From an uncultured Gammaproteobacteria bacterium (GTDB lineage Bacteria; Patescibacteriota; Microgenomatia; UBA12405; BS750m-G30), in the NCBI GenBank assembly GCA_964484095.1, contig CAZAEB010000001.1:1655-65654 (forward strand): a DNA stretch of 64,000 nucleotides. Direction: 5' to 3'. The notes below the pieces were generated by a model. The model did not search any database. It had not been told where the DNA came from and worked only from the letters and a program-made list of their open reading frames with translations. Positions 55,966-64,000 of the stretch are shown piece after piece (the stretch's first letter is position 1; every line of letters starts with the position of its first letter). A program made the position numbers and the translations under genes.

Positions 55966-58170
55966 TCATTCCTTAATATTAATCAGAATGTTGCCTGGAG
56001 AAAGGGAAGTCAAGGGCCAAAAATTAAAAAGCTTTGGCCAAGTGCTGATCTGAAAATCGTACACCCGAGGCAAAGACTTAATTTTTTCATCGGCAATCTC
56101 CTTTCTTTTACCCCTAATTGCTCCTTTAATCCCCTCAACATCGATGTTGGGATAAGCCTTTCCATTAACCTCCAAATCCCCCTCCCAGGTACCGTCCTTG
56201 GAGCTTTTTGGAACAAAACTGAATTTAAAAGACTCTGGATTTATCTTTAAGCCAGAGTCCAGTTTTTCCCGCAAAATCTCTTGAGCAAAAATATCAATAT
56301 CGTTTTTAGAAAAAACCAGAACTGAAGCGCTAATCTTCAAAGACCCTTCTAAAACATCCCCCTCATCGCCAATGTTTTTATTGGTGTCAAACGAAGCAAT
56401 TTCTACCACTAATGTTTCCTCAATCATTCTATCATCGTCAGAAATTTGAGAAAGAAGTTCAGCCTTAATATCATCTTCCATTTTCAAAGAAAGCTCTTTT
56501 TTCAAACTATTAAAATCATCTTTTGATACTGCCAGCACCTCACGGCTTGTCCCTCCCGAAAAACTGCTTTTATTTTTCGCTAAATACGAGCTTTCCGGCT
56601 CTCCCTTAATAATAAAGCTTGTTTCTTTTGCAAGATTATAGTCACCGCCAATATCAACAGCCATTACCGCCGCTTCAGCTTCTCCCCATCGATCAACCCC
56701 ACTAACTAAGTCGGGGGTTTTTGAAGCAACCTTAATCCCCTCTTCCAAAGAAAACTCCAGAGCGCCTAGACTGCTAATAATGGTTCCTTTCTCAAAAGTT
56801 GCCTGCTTGTCGGTTCGATTGTAAACAGTCACTTTTCCGGACGCCCTTTCACCAATAAGCTTAATTCCTGTCGCGATTACTGAACCACCATCCTCTTTTT
56901 CGGCAGTAACAATATCTGTAGGAATCGTTTTTTCAGAAACAGATAAAAAGCCTCCTTTTTTCAACTCTACCGCCAGCGATTCTTCTACTGTTTGGGGAGT
57001 TACATATATATCAATGTTGGTTTTTGATAAAAATAAATTAAAACCAATAAAACCAGCTAGGCCCAAACCCAACAGCAAAAATAATTTTGTTTTTAGTTTT
57101 TTTAGAAGAGTAGGTCTAAATTTGGCAAATCCACCAAATTTGATTTTCGACAATAATGAGCTAAAAAACAGCCTCCTTTTTATATTTCCAATCGACCGGT
57201 TGTCTGTTTTTCCGTCAGTGATTATTTCTGAAGTCATATTTTCATAATTACTGATTATTGGCTCTCGTATTGCTTCTTGGGTAACTTTCATCATCGGTTC
57301 CGAATCTAAATTAATCTCTGCCTCTTGATTAAAGGCGTCCTGACTAGAAAAACCAAAGGGAAGACTTTTTTCGCTTTCAGACTCCTTTTCGACAACTGGT
57401 TTTAACCTATTTTCTTCTCCATTCTCTTCAGTCAGCCGATCGTTAATTATTGTACTATAAGCTCTGGCTGCCTCTGCCCAAGAAAGAATGACTACCTCAG
57501 GAAGGTGAAGAAAAAGATCTCCCTGTTTTTCCACCCATGGATAGTTGTTCATCTGCTGCTCAAAATCATCTTCCACCTCTCCCCAAATAGAAATTTGCGG
57601 AGGCATTACTCCATCAAAATCCAGCTGGGAAAGACCTTCCTTCACCTTTTGAGCCGTTAACTGCCCATCAATATTCAGCTTAATTCTGCCCCTAACCTTG
57701 CCGAGATGAATCAAAGAAATTCTTAATTCTCCCGGGCCAGAAAATATTGAGATAAAACTAGGCAGTGATCCGTCTTCAGAAGCATAATGACGAATCATCG
57801 CTTCATCGTCAACAATAAAACCACTAGGCTTAAGATTATAGCGATGACAAATTTCTCTTAAAAGCTCCTGTTTGGAATCAATAATTTTCTCGCTATTTAT
57901 CGTCCAAAAGGGAGAAACCATGAAAATAAGCTTAGATATATCCCTCCTCTGCTTGACATCGATTTTAGAAAGACAAACATCGGTAGAGTTTACTACTACA
58001 GTTTCAAAATCATCCTCTTTGTCAGCGTCCCATTTTTGAGATTCACCAACACAAACAACCCCTAACCCACCGTTTTTTTGAGGATTGTAAGAATAGAGAA
58101 TACTATTTACCAGCTTGTCACTGGCAACTACCATCAGCACTAGAAACGATGAAGAGCCGGTTGTCGTCAT
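55966..58170 (-). CDS. Single-pass membrane protein: degenerate actin-like (FtsA/PilM-type) N domain plus baseplate J/gp47-like C domain
   Basis: 734 aa; TM at ~aa 363-382; ASGKVTVYNRT…KGT, AVDIGGDYNL and FSGGTSREV resemble baseplate-J family motifs; fold calls are by eye. Confidence 0.65.
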   Translation of the reverse strand: MTTTGSSSFLVLMVVASDKLVNSILYSYNPQKNGGLGVVCVGESQKWDADKEDDFETVVVNSTDVCLSKIDVKQRRDISKLIFMVSPFWTINSEKIIDSKQELLREICHRYNLKPSGFIVDDEAMIRHYASEDGSLPSFISIFSGPGELRISLIHLGKVRGRIKLNIDGQLTAQKVKEGLSQLDFDGVMPPQISIWGEVEDDFEQQMNNYPWVEKQGDLFLHLPEVVILSWAEAARAYSTIINDRLTEENGEENRLKPVVEKESESEKSLPFGFSSQDAFNQEAEINLDSEPMMKVTQEAIREPIISNYENMTSEIITDGKTDNRSIGNIKRRLFFSSLLSKIKFGGFAKFRPTLLKKLKTKLFLLLGLGLAGFIGFNLFLSKTNIDIYVTPQTVEESLAVELKKGGFLSVSEKTIPTDIVTAEKEDGGSVIATGIKLIGERASGKVTVYNRTDKQATFEKGTIISSLGALEFSLEEGIKVASKTPDLVSGVDRWGEAEAAVMAVDIGGDYNLAKETSFIIKGEPESSYLAKNKSSFSGGTSREVLAVSKDDFNSLKKELSLKMEDDIKAELLSQISDDDRMIEETLVVEIASFDTNKNIGDEGDVLEGSLKISASVLVFSKNDIDIFAQEILREKLDSGLKINPESFKFSFVPKSSKDGTWEGDLEVNGKAYPNIDVEGIKGAIRGKRKEIADEKIKSLPRVYDFQISTWPKLFNFWPLTSLSPGNILINIKE

Positions 58171-59954
58171 TCCATTTCCAGTTTAGCATAAATCCGCCTC
58201 TTGCCACTACCACAGCCCTCCTGTTTGACTATCTTAAATTCTCCCAAAACCCCCGTTAATTTTACATGAGGACCACCGCATACCTCACAGGAAAAATCAC
58301 CAATGGAATAAACCTTAACCATTTCCGGATACCTGTCAGAAAAAAAGGCGATTGCTCCTTTTTCCTGACTTTGTTTAAAACTCATCATTTCCATTTTAAC
58401 TGGCAGGTTTTCTTCGATCTTTTTATTAACTAATATTTCAACAGCCCTGATTTCTTTGTTAGTCAATGGGTCAAAATGAGTAAAGTCAAATCTCATTTTT
58501 TCGATAGTAATTGCCGACCCCACCTGAGAAACATGATCTCCCAAAACAGCAATAAGCGTCCGATGTAAAAGATGAGTCGCAGTATGATAGGCAATTTCCT
58601 TTTTAGATCTGCCCGACATTCCCCCTTTAAACCTTCCCAAAGACGCCTTTCTTGATTTTTCTTGATGTTCTTTCTGCTTCTCTAAAAACTCATCCTTATC
58701 AACGCAAAAACCTTGACTTTTAACCTCCTCTTTAATAAGCTCAAAAGGGAAACCAAAAGTTTCATAAAGATAAAAAGCATCTTTACCCGACAAAACCTTT
58801 TCTTTTTTCTTACCAAGCCCAACTAGCAAGCCTTCAAGTTTTGAAAGACCGGTTGTTAAACTATGAGAAAATCTCGCCTCTTCCTCAGAAAGAACGGACA
58901 AAATCTTCTCGCTACTGCCTAGCTCTGGATACTCTCCCGCCAAACTGTCCCTGTTTTCTAAAACCGCTTTGGCCACTTTTGATATAAAATCACCTTTGAT
59001 TCCAAGAAGTTTTCCTTGACGAATACTCCTTCTTATCAACCGACGCAAAATATAGCTTTCTTCCTTGTTCCCCGGAACAACACCGTCAGCAACGATAAAA
59101 ACCCCAGCTCTAACATGGTCGGCGATTATCCTGATCATTTTTTTATTTTTTTTCTCTTGATAAGAAACTCCCGAAAGTTTCTCCAAAACCTTAACAATTG
59201 GCTGCCAGGTCGGCGATTGATAATGGTCGTCGTTTCCTAAAATTACTGCCAAAGTCCTTTCCACCCCCATACCGGTATCAACATTTTTTTGTTTTAATGG
59301 AACAAACAAACCATTTTTCTTTTTATCATACTCTATAAAAACATTGTTCCAGATTTCAATATATTTGCCGCAACTACAACTAGGATTGCAATTATCACTA
59401 CAGCCCTTCTTGCCTGTATCATAAAAAATTTCTGAGTCCGGACCGCAAGGGCCGGTCTCTAGACCCCACCAGTTTTCCTTTTTATCGAAAAAGTAAATTC
59501 TTGACGAAGGAATTCCTAAAGACTCCCATACTTTGGCTGACTTTGTATCGCGCGGCACATCGTTATCGCCAGCAAAACAGGTAACCGATATTTTCTCTTT
59601 ATTAAGCCCTAAAACTTCCGTTAAAAATTCAAGGCTCCAGCTAATTGACTGCTCTTTAAAATAATCCCCTAAAGACCAGTTGCCAAGCATCTCAAACCAA
59701 GTGTGGTGAAATTTATTTCCCACCTCTTCAATATCCCCAGTTCTGACACATTCTTGAACGTCAACCAGCCTTTTTCCCAAAGGATGCTCCTCTCCTAAAA
59801 GATAAGGGACCAAGGGATGCATTCCGGCAGAAATAAAAAGAGTTGAAGAATCTCCTTCTGGCAGTAAGGAAGCAGAAGGAATTTCCCGATGACCTTTTTT
59901 TTCAAAAAAGGAAACGTATGCTTTTTTTAACTCTCTGGCAGTTTTAATTTTCAT
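58167..59954 (-). CDS. alaS: Alanine--tRNA ligase, short form without C-Ala domain
   Basis: LFISAGM, HHTWFEMLGNWS.GDYFK, GPCGPDSE, VDTGMGVER, HTATHLLH, CGGPHV. Confidence 0.97.
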   Translation of the reverse strand: MKIKTARELKKAYVSFFEKKGHREIPSASLLPEGDSSTLFISAGMHPLVPYLLGEEHPLGKRLVDVQECVRTGDIEEVGNKFHHTWFEMLGNWSLGDYFKEQSISWSLEFLTEVLGLNKEKISVTCFAGDNDVPRDTKSAKVWESLGIPSSRIYFFDKKENWWGLETGPCGPDSEIFYDTGKKGCSDNCNPSCSCGKYIEIWNNVFIEYDKKKNGLFVPLKQKNVDTGMGVERTLAVILGNDDHYQSPTWQPIVKVLEKLSGVSYQEKKNKKMIRIIADHVRAGVFIVADGVVPGNKEESYILRRLIRRSIRQGKLLGIKGDFISKVAKAVLENRDSLAGEYPELGSSEKILSVLSEEEARFSHSLTTGLSKLEGLLVGLGKKKEKVLSGKDAFYLYETFGFPFELIKEEVKSQGFCVDKDEFLEKQKEHQEKSRKASLGRFKGGMSGRSKKEIAYHTATHLLHRTLIAVLGDHVSQVGSAITIEKMRFDFTHFDPLTNKEIRAVEILVNKKIEENLPVKMEMMSFKQSQEKGAIAFFSDRYPEMVKVYSIGDFSCEVCGGPHVKLTGVLGEFKIVKQEGCGSGKRRIYAKLEME

Positions 59955-60055
59955 ACCCAATTATATATAAGAGACTTTCGATTAACAAATTAAAGTCTTG
60001 ATTTTAAAATATAATTTAGTTATCATGATAACAATTAAAAGTTTAATCAAAAGGA

Positions 60056-60376
60056 GTGAAAATGAATGACGATTACACAAAATCAGCTGATGATCAACAG
60101 ACCACCGATCAACCAGTAGATGTTACCCAACCGACAGACCAGCCAGCTGCTCCCAACACTGTTCCTTCCCCGCAAGAACCAGTAGCGGCGCCGGAGCCAA
60201 CCACGCCACCTGCATCAGAACCGATTACACCCCAGCCGCAGGAGCCAGCAGAAACACCGGTAGCGCCAGAACAGCCCCCAGAGCAAACACAAGAACCAGT
60301 AGTGCCAAGCGGGTTTGCCCCAACAGCTGCACCGACACCAACCACTGAGGAAAACCCTCAGCAAGAAGAAGAATAA
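60056..60376 (+). CDS. Pro/Thr/Gln/Glu-rich low-complexity acidic protein
   Basis: 106 aa open frame with AAGGAG SD (true start may be ATG 60062); no TM. Confidence 0.7.
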   Translation: MKMNDDYTKSADDQQTTDQPVDVTQPTDQPAAPNTVPSPQEPVAAPEPTTPPASEPITPQPQEPAETPVAPEQPPEQTQEPVVPSGFAPTAAPTPTTEENPQQEEE

Positions 60377-60385
60377 GAAAAAAGA

Positions 60386-60637
60386 TTACTTTCTTTTTGA
60401 AAATAATCTTTTTTTAGCAGGAGCCTTATCCTCTTTTTTGGCCGAAATATTTTTAGCAACAGTGTTTTGAATTAGGGCTTTACCTTCATTGGCAACTATT
60501 TTTGTTTTTGCTCCTAAAAAGTTTACTATTTTGTTTCTGTCTTCTTCTTTCAGAAACAAACCAACGGCAAAACCAACAAGAGCACCTACTAGCACTCCGC
60601 CAATATTGCCATTATCACTTTTTTGATCTTTTTTCAT
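60386..60637 (-). CDS. YtxH-like small membrane protein
   Basis: GGVLVGALVGFAVGLFL Gly-rich TM followed by a charged tail. Confidence 0.65.
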   Translation of the reverse strand: MKKDQKSDNGNIGGVLVGALVGFAVGLFLKEEDRNKIVNFLGAKTKIVANEGKALIQNTVAKNISAKKEDKAPAKKRLFSKRK

Positions 60638-60890
60638 CTTTGCCAACAAAGCTTTTAATTAAACTAACAATTTCTACACTATTTCTCAACCCTTCAACGA
60701 TCCCGGAAAAAAGCGCTCCTGGTTCATTTAGTTTTGCTGTAAAAGAAGTAATCTCCTCGGCAGTATCATTAACCTTTTTAACAACATTTCTAATCTCTTT
60801 TAAAAACAAAATAAGCCAAATGCCAATAGCGATAAAAACCACCGTTAAGGCAACTATCGAAATAATAAGAACAATCTGAACTATATCCAT
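60615..60890 (-). CDS. DUF948/YtxG-like small membrane protein
   Basis: N-terminal TM followed by coiled coil (LKEIRNVVKKVNDTAEEI). Confidence 0.65.
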   Translation of the reverse strand: MDIVQIVLIISIVALTVVFIAIGIWLILFLKEIRNVVKKVNDTAEEITSFTAKLNEPGALFSGIVEGLRNSVEIVSLIKSFVGKDEKRSKK

Positions 60891-60895
60891 AGATA

Positions 60896-60924
60896 ACTTT
60901 AAAAAGATATTCCCAAAATGTCAA
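60896..60924 (-). promoter_or_regulatory. Sigma70 promoter, leaderless-type
   Basis: TTGACA, 17 nt, TAAAGT, 5 nt, ATG 60890. Confidence 0.6.
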
Positions 60925-60930
60925 GGTCGA

Positions 60931-61590
60931 CTATTGACAATTAATTTCCTTTTCCGTTTCGTAAATCTTTCCCAGCGGGCTTTGAGCCTTTATACTGATG
61001 GACTTTTTTCCAGAAACAAAAAGGAGTTGTTCGCTAAAATCTCCATTACTATCAACTTCAACAGGAATGTTGTCGATTATTATTGCACTCTCTGGATCTG
61101 TTTTACCTTCTATCACCACCCAAAACTGATCACCTTTTTTCTGACAGCCAACTTCATATTTCAACTCCGGAGGAGAGTTATAAGATAAATATTGATAAAA
61201 AAGATATCCTATCAATAAAAAAAATATTGTCCCCAGTCCCAATATTTTTGCTCTGTTGGGATCTAGGCTAATTTTTTCAACAACTCTTTTTGCTGTTTTT
61301 TTAATATCTCCGGCAAAAGACTGTCTATTTCCTAATTTTAGCCTTTTAGGCTGGCTTACTCCCAAATCTCTTCTAAAAAAAGAAATGCAATCGTCTCCGG
61401 ACAATCCCAAAAACTCTCCGTAGCTTCTAATATAGAGCCTAGCATAGCTTTCCCCAGGCAATAACTGGTACTGACCAGACTCGATTACCCTCAAGTACTT
61501 TAGAGGAATTTTTGTTTTGTCAGACACCTCTTGTAGATCAATTCTTCGCTCTAGCCTGGCTTTTTTTAAAATCTCAGCTGCAGTTTTCAT
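60931..61590 (-). CDS. RodZ-like XRE-HTH membrane protein with small Ig-like C domain
   Basis: LKKARLE…VSDKTKIPLKYLRVIESG…LP..YARLYIRSYGEFLGL; TM; GKTDPE…V…GDFS. Confidence 0.85.
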   Translation of the reverse strand: MKTAAEILKKARLERRIDLQEVSDKTKIPLKYLRVIESGQYQLLPGESYARLYIRSYGEFLGLSGDDCISFFRRDLGVSQPKRLKLGNRQSFAGDIKKTAKRVVEKISLDPNRAKILGLGTIFFLLIGYLFYQYLSYNSPPELKYEVGCQKKGDQFWVVIEGKTDPESAIIIDNIPVEVDSNGDFSEQLLFVSGKKSISIKAQSPLGKIYETEKEINCQ

Positions 61591-61601
61591 CTCTAATTTC
61601 C

Positions 61602-63731
61602 TTAACCTTGATCTATCTCTTCAGGAAGAGACTCCACCAAAACTTCTCTTGCCTTTGAACCTTCCGAAGGGCCAACAATACCCGCTACCTCCAACTGGTC
61701 AAGAATGCGAGCCGCTCTGGCATAACCCACCTTAAGACGGCGCTGCATTAAAGAAGCAGAGGCTTTTTTAGCATCAACCACCAGCTTTGCCGCCTGGGCA
61801 AAAATCTCATCTCTTTCCTCCCCATCAATCATCATTGATTTTGACCCAAAAACTGGAACCGGCTGAGTAACTACTTTCTCATCGTAAGCAGCCTCTCCCT
61901 GGTTTTTCAAAAACTCGGTCAGTCTACCGATCTCTTGGTCAGAAATGAAAGGACCTTGAATTCTAACCGGTTTTGCTTGATCAGGAGGAATATAAAGCAT
62001 GTCTCCTCTTCCCAATAATTTTTCTGCTCCGGGAGTATCTAAAATTACTCTCGAATCGATCATGCTGGAAACCGCAAAAGAAATTCTAGTGGGAATATTG
62101 GCTTTAATAAGTCCTGTCAAAACATCCACCGAAGGTCTTTGGGTTGCCAAAATAAGATGAATTCCTGTTGCCCTGGCCATCTGAGCAATTCTGCAAACAC
62201 TATCTTCAATCTCTGCCGGAGCAAAAAGCATCAAATCGGCCAGTTCATCGATAATGATAAGGATATTAGGCAATGATTGAAAACCAGCCATCTCATTGTA
62301 TCCGTCAATATTTCTTACCCCAACTTCAGCAAACAACTTATAGCGGCGATCCATTTCATTTATTGCCCATTTAAAAGAAGAAATCACTTTTTTCGGCTCA
62401 TGAATAACCGGAGTTAAAAGATGAGGAATACCATTATATGGAACCATTTCTACTCTTTTTGGATCAACCAAAATAAGTCTAACCTCATCGGGAGTAGCTC
62501 TGAACAAAAATGAACAAATCCAGGAATTAAGCAAAACGCTCTTTCCTGAACCTGTTTGTCCAGCTATAAGAACATGAGGCATTTTTTTAATGTCGGTAGC
62601 AATCGCCTCACCAGATACATCTAATCCTAAAGGAACTGCCAGCCTAGAATCATCCTCAATCATAACATCCGAGCTGAGCATTTTTTTCAAAGTCACCCCT
62701 TCGGAAGCTTTATTTGGAACCTCAATTCCAACCATAGATCGACCAGGAATCGGAGCCTCAATTCTAATCTGTCCGGTCGGAGCCGCTAAAGATAAAGCAA
62801 GATCATTAGCTAAATTGGTAATTTTTGAAAGTTTTGTTCCCAACGATACCTCAAGAGCATACTGGGTAACTGCCGGACCCATGTTAATCTCTGCCACCCT
62901 AGCAACTATTCCAAATGAGTCAAGAGTTTTTTCAATTTTCTGCGCATTTTCTTTGACGTTGCCACGATCAGCGTTTATCTTGCCGCTCTCTTCCAAAAGC
63001 TCCAAGGGTGGTTTTTTCCAAACTATTTTCTTATTTAAAGGAGAACTGGATATTAAAAGATCATCACTCATCTGCCCTTTTTCTCCATCCAACTGATTTT
63101 TAGACGCCTGGGCTTGTCCTAAAGATAGAGGAACAGAAACAGAGGGAGAAGGTTTTTCGGACAAATTCCCTTTTTTACCGTCAGACACAAAAATTGGCTC
63201 TATTTTCTTTTCTTTCTTTTTGCCGCTAATTATATATTTTTTAATGGTTTTTAAAACACTTGCTACAAATATAAATAGCTGATCTATGGAGGTGTTAAAC
63301 AAAACCACCAGTCCAATAACCGCTCCGAGTAAAAATATAATAAACGCTCCAACCGGAGTAATTAAAAACTCGACCTTATCCCAAATCCACATCCCAATCC
63401 TTCCCGTCTTTCCCAGCCCAAGCAAAGAGAGAAAAAATAAAACCATTCCCAAAGAAACATTCACCTCTCTTAAAGGAGTTTTAAACCTTGAAAACATCAA
63501 ACCAGCACTAATAAGTAAAAAGGGTAAAAATAACGAAACAAATCCTAGCCACTCAACAAAAATCTGATTAACTGAAGTAAAAATATAACCCTCTTTTAAA
63601 AAAGAAAAAACAACCAATAGCCCCAGACCGATAAGCAAAACAGAAGCAATCGAAAAAATGGTTCCTCTTTTAAGCTTTAACTTAAAAGATTGTTTTTTAA
63701 CACTGGTGCGTTTTCTTCTTTTTCTAGTCAT
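61602..63731 (-). CDS. ftsK: DNA translocase FtsK/SpoIIIE
   Basis: 4 TM, RIEAPIPG, MPHVLIAGQTGSGKS, IDELADLM, ATQRPSVDV, gamma domain QRRLKVGYARAAR. Confidence 0.97.
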   Translation of the reverse strand: MTRKRRKRTSVKKQSFKLKLKRGTIFSIASVLLIGLGLLVVFSFLKEGYIFTSVNQIFVEWLGFVSLFLPFLLISAGLMFSRFKTPLREVNVSLGMVLFFLSLLGLGKTGRIGMWIWDKVEFLITPVGAFIIFLLGAVIGLVVLFNTSIDQLFIFVASVLKTIKKYIISGKKKEKKIEPIFVSDGKKGNLSEKPSPSVSVPLSLGQAQASKNQLDGEKGQMSDDLLISSSPLNKKIVWKKPPLELLEESGKINADRGNVKENAQKIEKTLDSFGIVARVAEINMGPAVTQYALEVSLGTKLSKITNLANDLALSLAAPTGQIRIEAPIPGRSMVGIEVPNKASEGVTLKKMLSSDVMIEDDSRLAVPLGLDVSGEAIATDIKKMPHVLIAGQTGSGKSVLLNSWICSFLFRATPDEVRLILVDPKRVEMVPYNGIPHLLTPVIHEPKKVISSFKWAINEMDRRYKLFAEVGVRNIDGYNEMAGFQSLPNILIIIDELADLMLFAPAEIEDSVCRIAQMARATGIHLILATQRPSVDVLTGLIKANIPTRISFAVSSMIDSRVILDTPGAEKLLGRGDMLYIPPDQAKPVRIQGPFISDQEIGRLTEFLKNQGEAAYDEKVVTQPVPVFGSKSMMIDGEERDEIFAQAAKLVVDAKKASASLMQRRLKVGYARAARILDQLEVAGIVGPSEGSKAREVLVESLPEEIDQG

Positions 63732-63736
63732 AAGAG

Positions 63737-64000
63737 TTAAACCTCAATAACCACTGGAATAACCATCGGCTGTCGGCCGGTTTCCTTGTAAACCAGCTCT
63801 TCAATCTTTCCTTGGACTGTTTGCTTAACCACCTGCATACTGGATGCTTTTTTCTTTGAATCAATAAAAGCCTGCCTTGCCGCTTCTTCAAGCGCTTTGA
63901 TAAACTCACGGCTCTCTTTCACATAAACAAATCCTCGACTAACAACCGTAGGTTTACCCAATAAGTTTTCCTTTTCGTCAATAGAGAAAACAACTACCAC
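63737..64000 (-). CDS. rnj: Ribonuclease J, C-terminal part (runs off window)
   Basis: PTVVSRGFVYVKES…YKETGRQPMVIPVVIEV. Confidence 0.9.
   Translation of the reverse strand: MVVVFSIDEKENLLGKPTVVSRGFVYVKESREFIKALEEAARQAFIDSKKKASSMQVVKQTVQGKIEELVYKETGRQPMVIPVVIEV

Noticed and set aside
55966-58170. Prophage or intact contractile injection system
   Set aside because: No capsid, sheath, tube, spike, integrase or att sites; the gene is membrane-anchored and coupled to housekeeping genes
60056-60376. CRISPR array or tandem DNA repeat
   Set aside because: Only amino-acid-level low complexity; no fixed-length nucleotide repeat. I saw no array anywhere in the window
1150-63909. Numerous 60-170 aa antisense or off-frame ORFs inside conserved genes
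   Set aside because: Typical shadows of long coding frames; no motifs or initiation signals

Overview
Low-GC, gene-dense core-genome segment of a Patescibacteria (CPR) bacterium, most likely Microgenomates. That assignment is inferred from the absent uL30, short AspRS/AlaRS/uL2, compact RNase P RNA, a sortase and the gene order. Standard code 11. The minus strand carries rnj-ftsK-rodZ-like, then alaS-[actin-fold/baseplate-J-like protein]-sortase-ruvX-Zn finger-mltG, then rpoBC and the str/S10/spc/alpha/L13-S9 superoperon. Further left are recA-recX-rny, HU, an ABC-2 transporter, miaA, secDF, recJ, aspS, gltX, dus and typA. Features missed by the ORF track: rnpB (~276 nt), tRNA-Pro(GGG), rpmJ and a 48-aa DUF5679-type zinc ribbon. 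I saw no mobile elements, CRISPR arrays or rRNA. The main leads are: (1) an alaS-coupled envelope module built around a membrane protein with a cytoplasmic actin-like fold and an external baseplate-J-like domain; (2) a terminator/antiterminator switch between rpsJ and rplC, plus a terminator-like hairpin in the rpoB leader; (3) pervasive leaderless promoter architecture; (4) non-canonical EF-Tu switch I, S12 and RpoB rifampicin-pocket residues; (5) a frameshifted secY and a hypothetical gene with an in-frame TGA. All family assignments come from motif recognition, not database searches.
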